Part shown: positions 1-8,471 of the stretch, piece after piece | Layout of the letters: each line of letters starts with the position of its first letter | How positions within the stretch are numbered: the stretch's first letter is position 1 | Source of the DNA: Gemmatimonadota bacterium | GTDB taxonomy: Bacteria > Gemmatimonadota > Gemmatimonadetes > Gemmatimonadales > Gemmatimonadaceae | Direction of reading: 5' to 3' | Assembly: GCA_031372565.1 (NCBI GenBank) | Contig: JANMLN010000058.1 | Location: forward strand, 1 to 56,135 | DNA length: 56,135 bases | The notes under the pieces: model-generated | The model's database searches: none | The model's input: the letters and a program-made list of their open reading frames with translations, nothing else | Told to the model about the DNA's origin: nothing | Program-made: the position numbers and the translations under genes

Positions 1-21
1 CGCGAATCCACCCGATTCGCG
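1..21. terminator. Hairpin at window edge, possible terminator of the small minus-strand ORF
   Basis: CGCGAATC-caccc-GATTCGCG is an 8-bp perfect stem ~50 nt downstream of the stop at 70. Any minus-strand U-tract would lie outside the window. Confidence 0.3.
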
Positions 22-69
22 CGGCCCTCGTTCGTTGCAGCAGTGCGCAGCGCACCGCCACACGCAGGC

Positions 70-174
70 CTATTCGGCCTTCTTCGACTTGGCCATCATC
101 ACCAGGCAGTAGACGAGCGTGGCCACGAGCATGCCCGTGAAGATGAGGATGTTGACCTTTTGCGCGAGCGGCAT
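70..174 (-). CDS. Small single-TM membrane protein (34 aa)
   Basis: MPLAQKVNILIFTGMLVATLVYCLVMMAKSKKAE has one hydrophobic helix and a basic tail, with strongly GC3-biased codons. The upstream part of the 90-aa track ORF looks non-coding. Confidence 0.6.
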   Translation of the reverse strand: MPLAQKVNILIFTGMLVATLVYCLVMMAKSKKAE

Positions 175-271
175 GGCGGTGTCCGGTAAAGTGAAGTGCG
201 CGCCGACCACACGCGCGATCAACCTGACGATACGTCGCCCGGAGGCTCCGCGGATTTCCCGCAGGTGGGCA

Positions 272-297
272 ACATCCAAAACTAATCCGGCCACGTA
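272..297 (+). promoter_or_regulatory. Candidate SigK-like ECF sigma promoter (ACATCC-N16-CGTA)
   Basis: ACATCC at 272-277 and CGTA at 294-297 with an A-rich spacer, ~55 nt before the DUF4331 ATG. Resembles SigK-type ATCC/CG(A/T)A promoters. Confidence 0.55.
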
Positions 298-353
298 GCA
301 GGAGGGAACACCGTGCCAAGCGACACCAGTCCCTCCCTCCACCGGACCCCCGC

Positions 354-1100
354 ATGCTGCCCCAGATCCGTGCTCGACGGCGGTCGCTCGCGCTCGCCCT
401 GACGGTCGCCGCTGTCGGCGCCCTCCTCGGCACCCGCGCGCTCCGCGCCTCCGACCACCAGGACACCCCCGAAGTCGAGCTCAATCAGCGGATGGACATC
501 AATGACGTGTATGCCTTCCCGGGCGCCGACCCGAGCCGCATCACGCTCGTGATGACCACCGCATCGCCCCTGACGCCGGCCGCGTCGGCCACCACCTTCT
601 TCGACCCGAATCTGCTGTATCAGATCAAGGTGGACACCAACACGGTGCCCGACGGGGTCGAGGATCTCGTCTTCCAGATCACCTTCTCGGGCAACACCGC
701 GAGCCAGCAGGTCACCGTCCGCGGCCCGGTGCGACCCAACGAGACCGGCACCTCCAACACGCTGGTCACCACGGGCACGACCGTCAGTGGCACGATCAAC
801 TCTGTGCTGGGCTCCGCGACGGGCACACAGGTCTTTGCCGGCGTCCGCGCCGATCCGTTCTTCATCGACCTCACGCAGTTCTTCAACATCCTGAACGACC
901 GGCGCCCGGCCACGGGGCCGCTGGCGGTCGCGCAACCCGCGCAGACCAGCTGGCGCCCAGCCTGCAACGGCAGCAACGCAGGCAGCTGCGCCGTCAACAC
1001 GCTCACCGGCCTCAACGCGCTCGGCATCGTGATCGAGCTTCCGCTCGCGCAGCTCAAGACGTCCGGCAAGTTCGGCGTCTGGGGCACCATCGCCCGCTAA
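354..1100 (+). CDS. DUF4331 family exported protein (N-terminal-type half)
   Basis: Signal peptide followed by SDHQDTP, DINDVYAF, F.G.RADPFFIDL and N..GIVIELP motifs typical of DUF4331. Confidence 0.85.
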   Translation: MLPQIRARRRSLALALTVAAVGALLGTRALRASDHQDTPEVELNQRMDINDVYAFPGADPSRITLVMTTASPLTPAASATTFFDPNLLYQIKVDTNTVPDGVEDLVFQITFSGNTASQQVTVRGPVRPNETGTSNTLVTTGTTVSGTINSVLGSATGTQVFAGVRADPFFIDLTQFFNILNDRRPATGPLAVAQPAQTSWRPACNGSNAGSCAVNTLTGLNALGIVIELPLAQLKTSGKFGVWGTIAR

Positions 1101-1133
1101 GTGACTCCCTCACCGACTCCCCAGAGCCCCCTC

Positions 1134-1676
1134 ATGCGCCGCACACTCCTTCGCGCGTGCCTCGCGCCGGCCTTGCTGGCCGCGCTCGCCGCGTGCAGTA
1201 CCGACACCAAGACGATCTTTGCCCCGGACCCCAACCGGATGTATCGCCAGATCGAGCGCCTCGGCAATCCGCTCGTCAACGAAGTGTTCATTGCCAAGCG
1301 GAACCACGGACTGCACAACGCCACGTCGCCGTCACAGGACGTCGCCAACCTCACGGCGGAAATGGAGGCCTTCGTGAACAGCTTCGGTCGCCCGGTCGTC
1401 GTGGGACAGACACTGACGGCGGTCCTGCTCCCCGATGAATTGATCGTCGACCCCACCAAGGCCGGAAGCACGGCGGGCTGGCTCTCGTGGGCCCTCGCGG
1501 CGGGATACGGCGGTCGCAAGCTGACCGACGACGTGGTGGATGCCGGCACGGCCGCGATCTTCGGGACGCTGCTCTCGCCCACCGCGCCGATTCTCTCGCT
1601 CGTGGGCGACAACGTCAACACGAGCCAGAGCCCGTTCCTCAGCTCGTTCCCCTATCTCGCGGCACCGAATCCATGA
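1134..1676 (+). CDS. DUF4331-related lipoprotein (C-terminal-type half)
   Basis: Lipobox LAAC, and RQIERLGNPLVNE, GGRKLTDDVVD and FPYLAAP motifs typical of the DUF4331 C-terminal region. Alternative GTG start at 1101. Confidence 0.8.
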   Translation: MRRTLLRACLAPALLAALAACSTDTKTIFAPDPNRMYRQIERLGNPLVNEVFIAKRNHGLHNATSPSQDVANLTAEMEAFVNSFGRPVVVGQTLTAVLLPDELIVDPTKAGSTAGWLSWALAAGYGGRKLTDDVVDAGTAAIFGTLLSPTAPILSLVGDNVNTSQSPFLSSFPYLAAPNP

Positions 1677-3409
1677 GGCCCGCGGTGGGTGGTGCGTGCC
1701 TGGGCGCGCTGATGCTCGCGAGTGGAGCGTGGCTCCGTGCGGGTGCGCACCATCCGCCGGCGATCCTTCCGCCCAGGTACATCGACGCCGAATCGGCACG
1801 GCTCTACGGCGCCAAGCCCATGACGCTGCTGGAGCGGCGGACTGCAGAAATCGCCTTCTGGGAGTTCAAGGCGCGCCAAGACCCGCAGTCGGCCGACGCG
1901 ATGGCGTACGTCGCGTCGCTCTACCTGCAACGGTCGCGGGAGACCGCGGACTTCGCGGATGTGCGGCACGCCGAGGCGGCCGCGCGTGAGGCGATTGCGC
2001 GGCGCGGCCGCGGGAACGGGGCCAGTCGCTCGATTCTCGTGAACACCCTCCTGGCGCAGCATCGATTTGTCGAGGCGCTGACAGAAGCGACCTGGATTGC
2101 GGCCGAGACGCCCGGCATTCCGCAGTACGTGGCGTTGCGCGCGGAATGTGAGATGGAGGCGGGGGCGTACGATCGTGCGCGCGCCTCGTTCGACACGCTG
2201 CGCCGCGGTCCGCTGCCGCTCTCCGCGATCGGTCGACTGGCCCACTGGGACGAACTGATCGGCGACCACGCGAACGCGCGACGATTGCTCGAGATCGCCG
2301 TCGTCGATGTGCGGTCACGCGTGGACATCACCGCGGAGCAGACCGCCTGGTTCCAGCTGCGCATGGGCGAGGTCGCACTTCGCAGTGGCAAGCCGACGCG
2401 CGCACGCGCCGAGTGGGAGGCGGGATTGACGGTACGCCCCGAGGACCACCGGCTGCACGCCGCGCTCGCGCGTCTCGACGCCGCGGATGGTCGGTGGCGC
2501 GAGGCGTTGTCGCACGGCGACGCGGTGCTGGCGGTGCAACTCGATCCGGTCACCCTCGGCGTCATGGCCGACGCACACCGCGCGCTGGGCGACAGCGTCG
2601 CCGCGAGGCAGGCAGAGACCGCGCTTCGCGTGGCGGTCTCAGGCGAGCCCGGGCCCGTTCATCGCGCCTGGCTGATGCGCGAACTCGACGATCGGCGCAC
2701 CGCCGATGCAATCGTGCCCGTGGCACGCGCGGAGGTGGCCGGGCGCCCCGATGTGGCCGGCTGGGAGCTGCTCGCGTGGGCACTGGCTGCCTCCGGCGAT
2801 GCGCTGGCGGCCGATAGCGCCATGCACCGCGCGCTGCAGCTCGGCACGCGCGATGCGCTGCTCTGGTACCATGCCGCGGTCATCGCGCATCAGCGCCGCG
2901 ATGACGCGCGCGCCGCGCGCTGGCTCGATTCGGCGCTCGCGCTCAATCCGCGCTTCGATCACCGGCATGCGGCGCACGCGCGGGCACTGCGCGACTCGCT
3001 CGAGGCACCGCACGCGTTGCACACGTCGCTGTCGAAGCTCGTGCTCGAGGGTGACACGGCCGTGGTGGCGCACGTGCGGATGTTCACCGATGACTTCACG
3101 ACGGCACTCACCGCTCGCGCCTGGAGCGCGCGCTCCGACACGCTGGGGTACGCCCAGGCGCGCGTGCTGGTGCGCGCGGACAAGGCGCCCCTCGTCTGGC
3201 GTGGGTGCGGAGCCGTGGTGGAGCAGGATCTGACCGTGCTCTGCCTGCGGGCGCGCGTGATGCGCGCGCCCGTGCGGTTGACGGTGGCCAACAGCGTGTT
3301 GACCGACGCGTTCCCCGATCAGGTGAACATCGTGCAGGTCACGCTGGGCGGGCGCACGCGCAGTCTTCTGTTCACGCGGGAGTCGGGCGGGGCGCAGGAC
3401 GTGCCGTAG
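1673..3409 (+). CDS. TPR protein with fused C-terminal DUF6702-like domain
   Basis: ATGA overlap with the previous stop, N-terminal hydrophobic segment and Ala-rich TPR helices (ALALNPRF). C-terminal H..HTS..RMFTDDF..N.VL.D.FPDQVNIV..RSLLF. Confidence 0.75.
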   Translation: MRPAVGGACLGALMLASGAWLRAGAHHPPAILPPRYIDAESARLYGAKPMTLLERRTAEIAFWEFKARQDPQSADAMAYVASLYLQRSRETADFADVRHAEAAAREAIARRGRGNGASRSILVNTLLAQHRFVEALTEATWIAAETPGIPQYVALRAECEMEAGAYDRARASFDTLRRGPLPLSAIGRLAHWDELIGDHANARRLLEIAVVDVRSRVDITAEQTAWFQLRMGEVALRSGKPTRARAEWEAGLTVRPEDHRLHAALARLDAADGRWREALSHGDAVLAVQLDPVTLGVMADAHRALGDSVAARQAETALRVAVSGEPGPVHRAWLMRELDDRRTADAIVPVARAEVAGRPDVAGWELLAWALAASGDALAADSAMHRALQLGTRDALLWYHAAVIAHQRRDDARAARWLDSALALNPRFDHRHAAHARALRDSLEAPHALHTSLSKLVLEGDTAVVAHVRMFTDDFTTALTARAWSARSDTLGYAQARVLVRADKAPLVWRGCGAVVEQDLTVLCLRARVMRAPVRLTVANSVLTDAFPDQVNIVQVTLGGRTRSLLFTRESGGAQDVP

Positions 3410-3514
3410 GAGCGGGCGCTGGGTGCTAGCTTTGGGGGGCGTTGTGGCCGCGTGCCGGTCGCGCCCATCCATTCCCTGCATTCGGCCGCGTCGAGAGCGG
3501 CGAGGAGTCCTTCC

Positions 3515-4144
3515 ATGATCGTGATCGATCGCCGCCTGATGATCGCCGTGGCCGTGACCGGTGTGGTGTCGGGGTCCGCTGGCGCGCAGGGTGCCGCACC
3601 GACCGCCGCGCCTGCCATGCTGTCTGTCGCCGAGCAGCTGGTGTCAGCGGTGATGCCGCTGCCGCCCACGATGCGTGCGGGGGCCCGCGTGATGGGCTAC
3701 GACGCGTCGAAGAAGCTGGTGGAGCTGCGCGCCGCCACTGCGGGCAACGGGATGACCTGTCTGGCGGACGAGCCCGGTGATGAGCGCTTTCATGTGGCGT
3801 GCTATGCCGCGACGATGGAGCCGTTCATGGGCCGTGGACGTGAGCTGCGCGCGCAGGGGGTGAAGGGTGATGCCGTGGACTCCGCGCGCTTTCGCGAAGT
3901 GAAGGACGGCAAGCTCAAGATGCCCGCGCAGCCGGCGGCGCTGTATTCGCTGACGGGCAAGGCCGCGGGCTGGAACGGCGCGACGGGTCAGCTCACCGGT
4001 GCCTCGCGGCTGTATGTGGTGTATATCCCCGGGGCGACCGAGCAGAGCACGGGACTGTCCACCGTGCCGCAGAAGGACGGCCCCTGGCTCATGTTTCCGG
4101 GGACCCCCAAGGCGCACATCATGTTCACCCCTGACATGCGCTGA
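3515..4144 (+). CDS. Conserved-looking exported hypothetical protein
   Basis: GAGGAG RBS and a signal peptide ending AGA-Q. Contains CLADEP..FHVACY and PWLMFPGTPKAHIM. Confidence 0.75.
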   Translation: MIVIDRRLMIAVAVTGVVSGSAGAQGAAPTAAPAMLSVAEQLVSAVMPLPPTMRAGARVMGYDASKKLVELRAATAGNGMTCLADEPGDERFHVACYAATMEPFMGRGRELRAQGVKGDAVDSARFREVKDGKLKMPAQPAALYSLTGKAAGWNGATGQLTGASRLYVVYIPGATEQSTGLSTVPQKDGPWLMFPGTPKAHIMFTPDMR

Positions 4145-4173
4145 ACGCGCGCTGTCACACACCGAGGCTTCTC

Positions 4174-4620
4174 ATGGTTCGCATTCGTTCGAGTGTCGTG
4201 TTCGCGGCGTGCGTTGCCGCTCTTGTGTTCGTTGCGGCGCCCACCGCTGCGGTCGCGCGGCACCACGGGTCGCACGTGAAGATCACGTCGCCGGCCAAGG
4301 GGGCCAAGGTGACGAGCCCCGTGACCGTGATCGCGTCGGTCGAGGAGTTCAAGCTCGTGGCCGCCGGCACGCCGCTCGCCGAGGGGGAAGGGCATCTGCA
4401 CTTCTTCATCGATGTGCCGGCGAGCAACGTCAAGCCCGGCAAGATGATCCCGCTCGACACGACGGCCCGGTACGTGCACCTGGGCAAGGAGCCGTTCGAT
4501 CGGCGTGATCTCACGCTGGCGCCGGGGAAGCACACGATCACGGTGGTCGCGGCGAATTCGGGGCACGAGCGGATCAAGGGCGTGCCGCCGTACAGCGTGA
4601 CGTTCACCGTGACCAAGTAA
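4174..4620 (+). CDS. DUF4399-like exported His-rich protein
   Basis: Signal peptide, then ITSP..G..V, GEGHLHFFID, HLGK and LAPGKHTI motifs. Confidence 0.75.
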   Translation: MVRIRSSVVFAACVAALVFVAAPTAAVARHHGSHVKITSPAKGAKVTSPVTVIASVEEFKLVAAGTPLAEGEGHLHFFIDVPASNVKPGKMIPLDTTARYVHLGKEPFDRRDLTLAPGKHTITVVAANSGHERIKGVPPYSVTFTVTK

Positions 4621-4624
4621 AGTT

Positions 4625-4702
4625 GTCATCCTGAGCGCAGCGAAGGATCTGCTTTTCACCACCGAACGGCAGAAGCAGGTCCTTCGCTTCGCTCAGGACG
4701 AC
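4625..4702. repeat. Long palindromic (REP-like) element between convergent genes
   Basis: 30-bp arms GTCATCCTGAGCGCAGCGAAGGATCTGCTT and AAGCAGGTCCTTCGCTTCGCTCAGGACGAC (27/30 complementary) around an 18-nt loop. Confidence 0.85.
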
Positions 4703-5640
4703 GGGGGGCGGCTCGCCTCGAACCACGCGATCGTCTTTGCCAGGCCCTGCTCGAGGCTCGTGTGCGCGCGAAAACCGAAGAGTGCTTCGGCGCGGCTCGT
4801 ATCGAGCCGCCGCCGGGGCTGCCCATCCGGATACGCCGGATTGAAGTGCGTGCCTCCGGTGTGACCCACCAGCCGCGCGATGGTATGCGCCAGTTCCACG
4901 ATCTGGATCTCGTCGCCCGTGCCGATGTTGACCGGCTCGGCGCCGTCGTACCGCTCGGCGGCCAGCATGATCGCTTCGGCGCAGTCTTCCACGTACAGAA
5001 ACTCGCGTGACGCCGTGCCGGTCCCCCAGATCTCCACGGGCCGCTGTCCCGCATCGCGCGCCTCGATGAACTTGCGTACCAGCGCCGGTATCACATGCGA
5101 GTGCGCGGGGTCGAAGTTGTCGCCGGGACCGTGCAGGTTGGCCGGCAGCAGGTAGATGCCGTTGAAGCCGTACTGCTGTCGGTACGCCTGCAACTGCACG
5201 AGGAGCATCTTCTTGGCGAGCCCGTACGGTGCGTTGGTCTCCTCGGGGTAGCCATCCCACACCGCGCTCTCGCGGAACGGCGTTGGGGTGTGCTTGGGAT
5301 AGGCGCACACGGTGCCCATGCAGAGCAGCTTGGCCACGCCGAGCGATCGGGCGGTCTCGATGAGTTGGATCCCCATCATCGCGTTCTCGTAGAAGAAGCG
5401 ACCCGGTTGCTCACGATTGGCGCCGATGCCACCGACGCGCGCGGCGAGGTGGATGACGAGCGTCGGCTCCGCATCGGCCATCGCGGCGCGCGTCGCGGCG
5501 GCGTCGAGCAGGTCGACCGTGCGATGGTCCGGGGCCGTCACGTGTGCGCCCGCGGCAGCCAGCCGCGGCGCCAGATGTCGACCAAGGAACCCGTGGGCGC
5601 CCGTCAGGAAGACGCGCTGCGTGGGCCAGAACGGAGTCAT
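4693..5640 (-). CDS. fcl: GDP-L-fucose synthase
   Basis: TGAHGFLG, HLAARVGGIGAN, YGLAKK, PANLHGPGDNFDP..SHVIPAL, WGTG.ASREFLYV and PDGQPRR. Confidence 0.95.
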   Translation of the reverse strand: MTPFWPTQRVFLTGAHGFLGRHLAPRLAAAGAHVTAPDHRTVDLLDAAATRAAMADAEPTLVIHLAARVGGIGANREQPGRFFYENAMMGIQLIETARSLGVAKLLCMGTVCAYPKHTPTPFRESAVWDGYPEETNAPYGLAKKMLLVQLQAYRQQYGFNGIYLLPANLHGPGDNFDPAHSHVIPALVRKFIEARDAGQRPVEIWGTGTASREFLYVEDCAEAIMLAAERYDGAEPVNIGTGDEIQIVELAHTIARLVGHTGGTHFNPAYPDGQPRRRLDTSRAEALFGFRAHTSLEQGLAKTIAWFEASRPPSS

Positions 5641-7166
5641 CACCGCAGGGGGGCTGGAGTCTGATCGTCGATGGCAGCCACTCGACGCTCGCTTCGCTGA
5701 TTCGGGAGGTAGCGTGCGACGGCGTCACGCGGCCACGCCGAGAGGCGCAACCGCACCATCGGCGACAGCAGGTGTGCGGTCCGCTCGGCATACGCATGCG
5801 GCGTGGTGCCATACACGCGTAACACGACGGGGTCTGCGTCGTTCAAGTCGATGACGGGAACATCGACACGGTAGAGCAACTGGGCATCGGCGCCATCGGC
5901 GAGTTCGAGGCGGCGGCGCGACGATTCGCGACAGATGCGCATGTCGGCAACGCCGAGCGACGGTGCCGCCTCGCGCAACATCTGGTCGAGATGTGCGATA
6001 TCGGATGCGTCGGCCATGGTCCGTTCGAGTTCACGCGCGAGGATCAGCAGGCGAAGCCCGTCGCGTCCGCGCCGTGCGACGCCGAGCATGGCGGCGCCCG
6101 CCTCGGCGAACTCGTCATACTGCAGCCACCGCAGGCCCCAAGCCACGAGCCCCGCGAGCGCCGTCATCACGGCCAGCGCCACGACGATGCTCACGGCGGG
6201 CCGTGCGAAGGCCACGGCCAGTGCGAGGGCTCCCATGCACGCGCTGAAGAACCCCAACGTGCGCACCGCTTCGGGCTGCGAGTAGCCGAGCGCCACCAGC
6301 TGGTGATGCATGTGCCGACCGTCGGCGCGGGCCAGGGGTTCCGCGCGCAGCCACCGACGCAGCATGGCGATCACGGTGTCGAGGATCGGGTACGCGAGGG
6401 CGAGGAACGGCACCATGAACACGACGGCACCGTTCGATCGGCGCGAGCTTTCGACCGTTGCCACGGCGAGCACGAAGCCGATGAGCAGTGCGCCCGAGTC
6501 GCCGAGGAAGATCGAGGCTGGGTGCCAGTTGGCGCGGAGGAAGGCCAGCGTCGCGCCCAGCATGGCGACGGAGAGCAGCACCACGCCATTGTTGTTGAGG
6601 GCGAGCGCCGCGCCGATGACGCAGCAGAGCGCGATGACCGTTTGCATGGCCGCGAGACCGTCGAGGCCGTCGACCAGGTTGAGCGCGTTGGTGGCACCCA
6701 CCAGCCAGAGCACCGTGAGCGGATAGTCCAGCAGACCGGTCGAGAGCGTGATGTCAGGCGGGAAGACCACCGACTCGATGCGCACCCCGGCGGTCCACGC
6801 AAGCGTGGCCGCGATGACCTGAACGATGAGCTTGCCCGCGGGTCGCACGCCGCGCAGATCGTCGGCAAGCCCCAAGGCGAACACGAGGGCCGCCGCGAGC
6901 ACCAACAGGGGGGCAAAGCTGACCCACTCCGAGGGGACCGGTGTGCCGGCACGGCGCATGGCGAGCGCCACCAGCACGCCGGCCAGGGTGCCAGCGACGA
7001 CAGCGACCCCCCCAATGCGCGGGATGAGGGGTGCCTCGGCGCGGCGGGAGTCGTCGCCCGACCGATGCAGCAAGGGCCGCACGCGCACGCGACGCGCAAC
7101 CACCGGCAGGAGTGCGGCGGTCACGACAAAGGCGAGCACGAAGGCAACGATCGGGACTAGCAGCAT
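5640..7166 (-). CDS. WecA/TagO-like undecaprenyl-phosphate sugar-1-phosphate transferase (MraY family)
   Basis: PRIGG, GLADD, NALNLVDGLDGLA, IFLGDSG and DGRHMHH motifs, many TM helices and a soluble C-terminal extension. Confidence 0.9.
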   Translation of the reverse strand: MLLVPIVAFVLAFVVTAALLPVVARRVRVRPLLHRSGDDSRRAEAPLIPRIGGVAVVAGTLAGVLVALAMRRAGTPVPSEWVSFAPLLVLAAALVFALGLADDLRGVRPAGKLIVQVIAATLAWTAGVRIESVVFPPDITLSTGLLDYPLTVLWLVGATNALNLVDGLDGLAAMQTVIALCCVIGAALALNNNGVVLLSVAMLGATLAFLRANWHPASIFLGDSGALLIGFVLAVATVESSRRSNGAVVFMVPFLALAYPILDTVIAMLRRWLRAEPLARADGRHMHHQLVALGYSQPEAVRTLGFFSACMGALALAVAFARPAVSIVVALAVMTALAGLVAWGLRWLQYDEFAEAGAAMLGVARRGRDGLRLLILARELERTMADASDIAHLDQMLREAAPSLGVADMRICRESSRRRLELADGADAQLLYRVDVPVIDLNDADPVVLRVYGTTPHAYAERTAHLLSPMVRLRLSAWPRDAVARYLPNQRSERRVAAIDDQTPAPLR

Positions 7167-7235
7167 CGCGGGCGCGTGCGGGATGGAGCGCGAACGAGGC
7201 GCAGCACGGCAAATCGACGGGGGGTTCGATGAAGG

Positions 7236-8471
7236 CTATCCATCGAGTATCGTCCTCACCACCTCTGCCCAACGGCGCGTGGCCACACGCCGGTCGTGCA
7301 CGGCGAGCGCGGCCTGCCGTCCATTGGCTCCCAGGCGGGCGCATTCGGCAGGATCGTCCCGGAGCGCGCGGATGCTGGCGGCGAGCGCAGCGCCATCGGT
7401 TGGCGCGATGATGCGTCCGGCGTCGGCGTCGCGTACGACGGCGGCGACGTCGCTGGCGTTGTCACCCACGAACAGCAGGGGCCGGGCCGCCGCGAGGATG
7501 CCGAAGGTCTTGCTGGGCAGCAGGAGTCCGGCCACGGCCGGGCTCTCGGTCACCAGCGCGACACCGGCCGCGGAGAGTGATTCGCTGAGCCGTTCGCGCG
7601 GGAGATAGTCGAGAAAACGGACCCGTGCGAGACCACGACGTGCCGCTTCGGCGCGCAGCGACGGGAACTGCGGACCGCCGCCGATGAAGAGGAAGGTGAT
7701 CCCCGGATCGTCGCGCAGCTCCTCTGCGGCCGCGAGCACGGCGTCGAAGGTATGGCCGCGTCCTGCATTGCCCGAATACAGCACCACGAACTGTCCCTCG
7801 AGCCCATGCTCGCGGATGAACGGATTCGACTCGGGCCGGATCGGTTGGATGCTGCGCGCATCGGCCCAGTTGGCGAGCACGCGGGTGCGCCCACGATTGG
7901 CACCGGCCGCCACGAGCACCTCGGCCATGCGCGGCCCCTGCACGATCACGGCGTCGGACCGTCGGTGCGCCCACCGCGCGATCGTGGCCGAGGTACGATA
8001 GGCCAGCGACCGCGGCGCGAGCACGCCGAGCGCCGCGGCGATGTCGGGATAGACGTCCTGCACCCAGTACACGGCGTTCGCGCCGCGCAGCCGTGCGACG
8101 ACGACCGCGAGCGCAGCAAGCACCGGCGGGTCCGTCATCGCCACGACGAGATCGGGCCGGGGTCCCGTGAGCGCGGACGCGAGTGCACCGACGAGGTAGA
8201 TGACGTAATCCAGCAGGCGGCCAGCCAACGAACCGGTGCCCGCGGTGGTGCTCCAGACCCGTCGGATCTCGACCCCGCGGAACGACTCGCGCGGTGCGAG
8301 CGGCGGCCCGCTCCCGGCGTACCGCGCCTGACTCGCGACGACGCGCACCTGCCATCCTGCGGCGGCCAGATCCTCGGCGAGATCGGCCAGCATCTGGCCG
8401 GTCGCGGCCACGTCGGGCCAGTAGAAGCGGTTCAGAAAGATGACGCGCGGTGCGCGAGGCAGCGGGGTCAT
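7236..8471 (-). CDS. Glycosyltransferase family 4 (WcaI/WbuB-like)
   Basis: NRFYWPD..ATGQ, VYWVQDVYPD, LYSGNAGRGH and PSK. Confidence 0.9.
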   Translation of the reverse strand: MTPLPRAPRVIFLNRFYWPDVAATGQMLADLAEDLAAAGWQVRVVASQARYAGSGPPLAPRESFRGVEIRRVWSTTAGTGSLAGRLLDYVIYLVGALASALTGPRPDLVVAMTDPPVLAALAVVVARLRGANAVYWVQDVYPDIAAALGVLAPRSLAYRTSATIARWAHRRSDAVIVQGPRMAEVLVAAGANRGRTRVLANWADARSIQPIRPESNPFIREHGLEGQFVVLYSGNAGRGHTFDAVLAAAEELRDDPGITFLFIGGGPQFPSLRAEAARRGLARVRFLDYLPRERLSESLSAAGVALVTESPAVAGLLLPSKTFGILAAARPLLFVGDNASDVAAVVRDADAGRIIAPTDGAALAASIRALRDDPAECARLGANGRQAALAVHDRRVATRRWAEVVRTILDG

